The position numbers and the translations under genes were made by a program. From Candidatus Jordarchaeia archaeon (GTDB lineage Archaea; Asgardarchaeota; Jordiarchaeia; Jordiarchaeales; Jordiarchaeaceae), in NCBI GenBank assembly GCA_029856435.1, contig JAHQXB010000063.1, forward strand, positions 1 to 64,000: a stretch of DNA of 64,000 bases, given 5' to 3'. Shown piece by piece: positions 59,989 to 64,000 of this stretch. The notes below the pieces were generated by a model that was not told where the DNA came from, made no database searches, and saw nothing but the letters and a program-made list of their open reading frames with translations. The first letter of the stretch is position 1. Each line of letters starts with the position of its first letter.

Positions 59989-61138
59989 TTAGGATACTGG
60001 ACGCCAGATAATTCCTAGTTCATCCGCTGTTTTGTATGCTTCCTCCATTTCGTGGCTAGTAACCCTTCTACATATGTCTGCATATTCCTTCCTTCTTGGC
60101 ACCTCGTGTGTTGGGTGATACTGTTCCATTATGTTAACTAAAGCCTTGGGGCAATTTTTAGCCACCCATTCAAGAACCGGTTTGGTGCAACACTCAATGT
60201 GTCCCGGTAAAACTAGGTGCCTTATTATCATGCCAGATGTTCCTGGTTCCACAGTTTCATCATAGGCCATTTTATGATTTCTTGAAACAATTTCCCAGTA
60301 ATTAGAAACTTTACTCAACCTTTCTGCGCATTGATCATTCCCATATTTAAAGTCGGGGAGCCAGAAATCCATAACGTCTAATAAAAGCTTCATACATTCT
60401 TTGGAACAGTACATATTAGAATTCCATAGTTGTACAATGTTTGTTTTAGTTTCCCTTACGCCCTTTAAAATGTTGTAGGTGTTTGGAGTTGGTTCTCCAC
60501 CCACATAATTTATGTTTCTTGCACCTTCCCTCTTTAGATCTCTTGAGATTCGTGCAAGGCTCTCACCCGAAGTTTCTATACCGTTTTTTGGATTTGTGGA
60601 AATGTCATAGTTCTGACAAAACACGCATTTAAAAGTGCAACTGGAGAAGAAGAATGCACCGTAAGAGCCTTAACTCTTAAGCGTTTGTGCCTGAAGGAAC
60701 TAAAGGGGCCTCTTCTCCAGTATGTATGAATGCTGAGGATACATAAGACTCTCTGCCAAGTTTACAAAATCCTTTTTCACCCTCCAGTCTATTAGCCCCA
60801 CACCGTCTTTCACAGAAATGACACTGCGATAGAATCCTTCTTGCTAGTTCCACCTTAGCATCTAAATAAGAAATCTTCGGCGAATCAATGTTTCCCAGAT
60901 CCAGTTCACCTGCATCAATCCGCCTCAAGACACTCCTAAAAACACCACTTATTCTATCATGCTCATCCCAAAGCTTGCCCAGCTCCGCATCTAGCTCAAC
61001 ATCTACACCTACTTTTAAAGCTATCATAAACTTAGCATAAAGCCTATCATTGAATACCTCATAGTACCTCCAAAGCCTCTCACGAACTGTACCGTCATCC
61101 CAAACACGGTAAGCATCTGGGCGAATTAGCTTCCACAT
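59989..61138 (-). CDS. PflX-like radical SAM protein, intron-containing (exons 61138-60685 and 60653-59989; 372 aa)
   Basis: CHFCERRCGANR, spliced HTGEEAPLVPSGTIFFSSCTFKCVFCQNYDIS, VGGEPTP, PDFKYGND, RHLVLPGH. Confidence 0.92.
60654..60684 (-). other. 31-nt BHB intron in pflX-like gene
   Basis: GCAC-AAA-[CGCTTAAGAG ttaagg CTCTTACG]-GTGC-ATT. Confidence 0.92.
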
Positions 61139-61469
61139 TTTTTAAACCCTCCAACTCTTTAAGTTCTTAATAAAACAGACACAACAAGTAAATATAATTT
61201 TTACACAAAATCCCAAAAATATTTGTGATTGTAATGAGGGAAATGCAGACTTATTTGGCTCCTTTTCCCCTCAAACAGGCTCTATAGTTTACTAGAAGCC
61301 AATTTTTGAAGCGCGGATGAACTGTTCTACATCACTATTAGAATGTGGGAAAATACTTAAATGTATATTAAAGCCTCAGAAATGAGGATTATAATTTAAA
61401 AAGTTATGGATGAGAAATGTTCATGCTGTTCAATTCGAGAACCAAATATAGTCATTTCTAAAAAGAGTA

Positions 61470-62492
61470 TTGGAGGCTAATTTTTTGACCTGTCACGTCT
61501 TGGTGGGCGGTTTCTTCGGAGATGAAGGAAAAGGGAAAATTATTTCCTACCTAGCTATAAAGGATAATGCGTCAATATGTGTAAGGGCAGGTGTTGGCAC
61601 AAACGCGGGACACACAGTTGAATACAAAGGTAAAACCTACAAGTTGAGGCAGATATCAAGCGGATTTGTCCAAGAAAAGGCCAAAATACTAATCGGGCCC
61701 GGCGTACTGGTTAATCCTGACATTCTAAAAAAGGAGATAGAGGAAACAGGAGTGGGGAACAGAATAAAAATTGATGGACAGTGCGCAATAATCGAAGCAA
61801 AGCACATAGAAGAAGATAGAGGCTCCTCGTTTCTCAAAGAGAAGATTGGGAGTACTGGCAGCGGATGTGGACCTTGCAACGTGGAGAGGGTAATGAGACG
61901 GGCTAAACTGGCAAAGGACATTGCAAATCTTTCCCAGTATATCACAGATGTCCCATTGGAGGTTAACACAGCCATCGATGAGGGTAAGCATGTTTTAGTG
62001 GAGGGAACTCAAGGCACGTTCCTGTCACTATACCACGGTACTTACCCTTTTGTAACCAGTAAAGACACCACCGCATCTCAAGCTTGTGCAGATGTGGGCG
62101 TGGGGCCAACCAAGGTGGACGAAGTTTTCGTTGTTTTCAAGTCGTATACTACTAGAGTTGGAGCAGGACCTCTCACTGAAGAATTGTCTGAGGAGGAAGC
62201 TAAAAAGAGGGGGTGGTTTGAAACTGCAACAGTGACTGGAAGGAAAAGAAGAGCAGCGCCCTTTAACTTTGAATTGGCAAAAAGAGCCGTCATGCTCAAT
62301 GGCGCCACACAGGCTGCCTTGACGAAACTTGACGTAATCTATCCAGAATGCGCTGGAGCTAGGTCTATAGAAGACCTGTCCAGAGAGGCCCTCTCCTTCG
62401 TAAGAAAAATTGAGGAAACAATAAAAATTCCCGTAAGTCTTATAGGAACAGGGCCTAACACCATGGATATAATAGACCTCAGAGAAGCATAA
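61470..62492 (+). CDS. purA: Adenylosuccinate synthetase (short archaeal type)
   Basis: GDEGKGK, NAGHT, EGTQG, YPFVTS, TRVGAGP, TVTGR. Confidence 0.97.
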   Translation: MEANFLTCHVLVGGFFGDEGKGKIISYLAIKDNASICVRAGVGTNAGHTVEYKGKTYKLRQISSGFVQEKAKILIGPGVLVNPDILKKEIEETGVGNRIKIDGQCAIIEAKHIEEDRGSSFLKEKIGSTGSGCGPCNVERVMRRAKLAKDIANLSQYITDVPLEVNTAIDEGKHVLVEGTQGTFLSLYHGTYPFVTSKDTTASQACADVGVGPTKVDEVFVVFKSYTTRVGAGPLTEELSEEEAKKRGWFETATVTGRKRRAAPFNFELAKRAVMLNGATQAALTKLDVIYPECAGARSIEDLSREALSFVRKIEETIKIPVSLIGTGPNTMDIIDLREA

Positions 62493-62522
62493 TTCTTGAT
62501 AAAAACATAAAGTATTGTGAAA

Positions 62523-63302
62523 TTAGAGCTTTTCTTTAGAAGTGGTGAGCTGGGGGACTTCTTTTGACATGAAGTTTCTTAAGGCTCTTATTAGTGCATC
62601 GACCCCCTCTATCATGGATATTGCGACAGGGATGCGTTCCACTTCTGCTATTTTTACAGCAAGGGGGTCCAGTTTCTTTGGTCCATGAATTATAAGTAGG
62701 GACGGTTTCAATGAGCGGGTGGTTCCTATCTGGCTAGTTTTAATAGCCACCATAGAAGCTCTTCCACTAATCACATTTGTGAATATGGCAGCACGCTGGG
62801 GCGTAGCTCCATAGAGTTTGAGAAGCTGTTCGGAGGAAAGATTAACTATAGCGTTGATGACGTCAATAGCAGTATATCCATATATCGGCTGGCTTAGCAG
62901 ATCCTTGTTTACAAGTACTTCGCATTCTAGGTATTCACATAAAACCTCAGATTTGATAGCATATGGAAACTCTCTAATATCTAGAATGATGTCTGAAGGA
63001 ATTTCCTTGGTTATAATTCTAGTCAAACCATTAACTACTTGGCCGCCCTTCAGGTCGTCTAGGTAGACTAAAGCCTCAACAAATTTTTTAATGGTGTCTA
63101 TTCGGGGAGAAACCCTTCTACCACTCTCATAGTCACTAATCACTGAGGGAGAGAGTCCAAGAATGTCCGCTAGGTCCTTTTGAGGAATCTGAAACCTTTC
63201 TCTCCACTTCCGCATCACTTTGCCTGGATCATCAGATAATGCTATTTCTCCGGCAATGCTCTGACATAAACTTTTTTTACTTTCATCGATGGAGCTACGC
63301 AT
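62523..63302 (-). CDS. XRE-family HTH transcriptional regulator (conserved archaeal type)
   Basis: IAGEI.LS.DPG..MRKWRE.F, SVISDYESGRR.SP, ALIFT-like AAIFTNV..GR. Confidence 0.88.
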   Translation of the reverse strand: MRSSIDESKKSLCQSIAGEIALSDDPGKVMRKWRERFQIPQKDLADILGLSPSVISDYESGRRVSPRIDTIKKFVEALVYLDDLKGGQVVNGLTRIITKEIPSDIILDIREFPYAIKSEVLCEYLECEVLVNKDLLSQPIYGYTAIDVINAIVNLSSEQLLKLYGATPQRAAIFTNVISGRASMVAIKTSQIGTTRSLKPSLLIIHGPKKLDPLAVKIAEVERIPVAISMIEGVDALIRALRNFMSKEVPQLTTSKEKL

Positions 63303-63574
63303 AGACTATGAACACTCCTTTGAAAAATAGTTTAATGATTTAAAGCATTTAAGGGATAGAATATAAGTCTTTCGACAAATGTTGAAAAAAGTTCTAATTT
63401 TGTCGAATATACCCTTTATGAAACGGCAATTTTATTTTGGGAAATTTATAGGTCGAACTTCTTTATAAATAAAATTTGTTTTAAATTATTTAAAATTTTT
63501 GTGTAGATTTTTCCAAAATTTTTAAATAGTATGAGGAATTTTTATCCGTTTTGTGTCATTCTTTTTTGTATCTA

Positions 63575-64000
63575 TTAGAGCTTTTTTAATATGTTATCTA
63601 GGCTATCTACATCTGATTTGAGCACGTTTTGAAGATGCTTCAGAGCGAAATTGTGATCTTCATCTGTTAGTGCCGCTACACAGTCCCTTGGAACTATTAC
63701 TTTATATCCGAGCAGGGTGGCGCTGCTACCCGTGTGTAGAATGCAGATATCGGTACACACTCCCGTTAACACAAGCGTGTCTATTTTCTTACTTTTTAGA
63801 ATTTTTTCTAGGTTCGTTCTAAAGAAGCCGTCATATGTTTTTTTCTTAACTACTATGTCATCCTTCTGGGGCTTCAGCTCATCTATAACCTCAGATCCCT
63901 TAGTTTTTTCTACAGCGTGTGGCGGCCATATTTTGAATTCTCGGTCATCAGGGTCATGGCTATCCGCTATGAATATTACGGGGATTTTTTTGTTCCTTGC
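63575..64000 (-). CDS. Cysteine hydrolase (isochorismatase/nicotinamidase family), 5'-truncated by window edge
   Basis: DSHDPDDREF..WPPHAV..GSE, KKTYDGF..T.L, TGVCTDIC. Confidence 0.9.
   Translation of the reverse strand, partial: ARNKKIPVIFIADSHDPDDREFKIWPPHAVEKTKGSEVIDELKPQKDDIVVKKKTYDGFFRTNLEKILKSKKIDTLVLTGVCTDICILHTGSSATLLGYKVIVPRDCVAALTDEDHNFALKHLQNVLKSDVDSLDNILKKL

Noticed and set aside
17437-61138. Treating the four split genes as pseudogenes, stop-codon readthrough (Sec/Pyl) or programmed frameshifts
   Set aside because: The in-frame stops in the inserts are TAA, inserts of 29/30/31 nt carry exact BHB geometry, canonical cleavage restores the motifs in all four, and the flanking exons show no other decay.
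1-64000. Numerous antisense or overlapping short ORFs in the track; CRISPR arrays; rRNA
   Set aside because: Shadow frames of well-supported genes; no regularly spaced repeat-spacer array or rRNA sequence was seen.

Overview
Window from an Asgard archaeon (inferred from the ubiquitin E1/E2/RING/JAMM genes, ESCRT-I/II genes and archaeal informational genes; class not determinable). Main discovery: many ~30-nt bulge-helix-bulge (BHB) introns. Four protein-coding genes that the ORF track shows as broken are each interrupted inside or next to a signature catalytic motif by a 29-31 nt hairpin framed by a BHB motif: Get3/ArsA ATPase, S-adenosylhomocysteine hydrolase, tyrosyl-tRNA synthetase and a PflX-like radical SAM enzyme. 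Cutting after the 2nd nucleotide of each 3-nt bulge restores both reading frame and motif in all four. Two divergent tRNA-Leu genes carry four (GAG) and three (TAG) introns of the same kind, giving 11 introns in 64 kb. Second system: an operon encoding an AAA ATPase, a short Smc5/6-like SMC, a kleisin and a kite, adjacent to three C4HC3-type RING genes (one FANCL-like), an E1 with a helix-hairpin-helix insert, E2, ubiquitin and a JAMM protease. Also present: a pst/phoU phosphate uptake cluster, an ESCRT-I/II locus, a large surface glycoprotein, translation and ribosome-biogenesis genes, an IS110 relic, a dispersed ~100-bp repeat and a MITE. All family assignments come from motif recognition by eye; no database searches were run.
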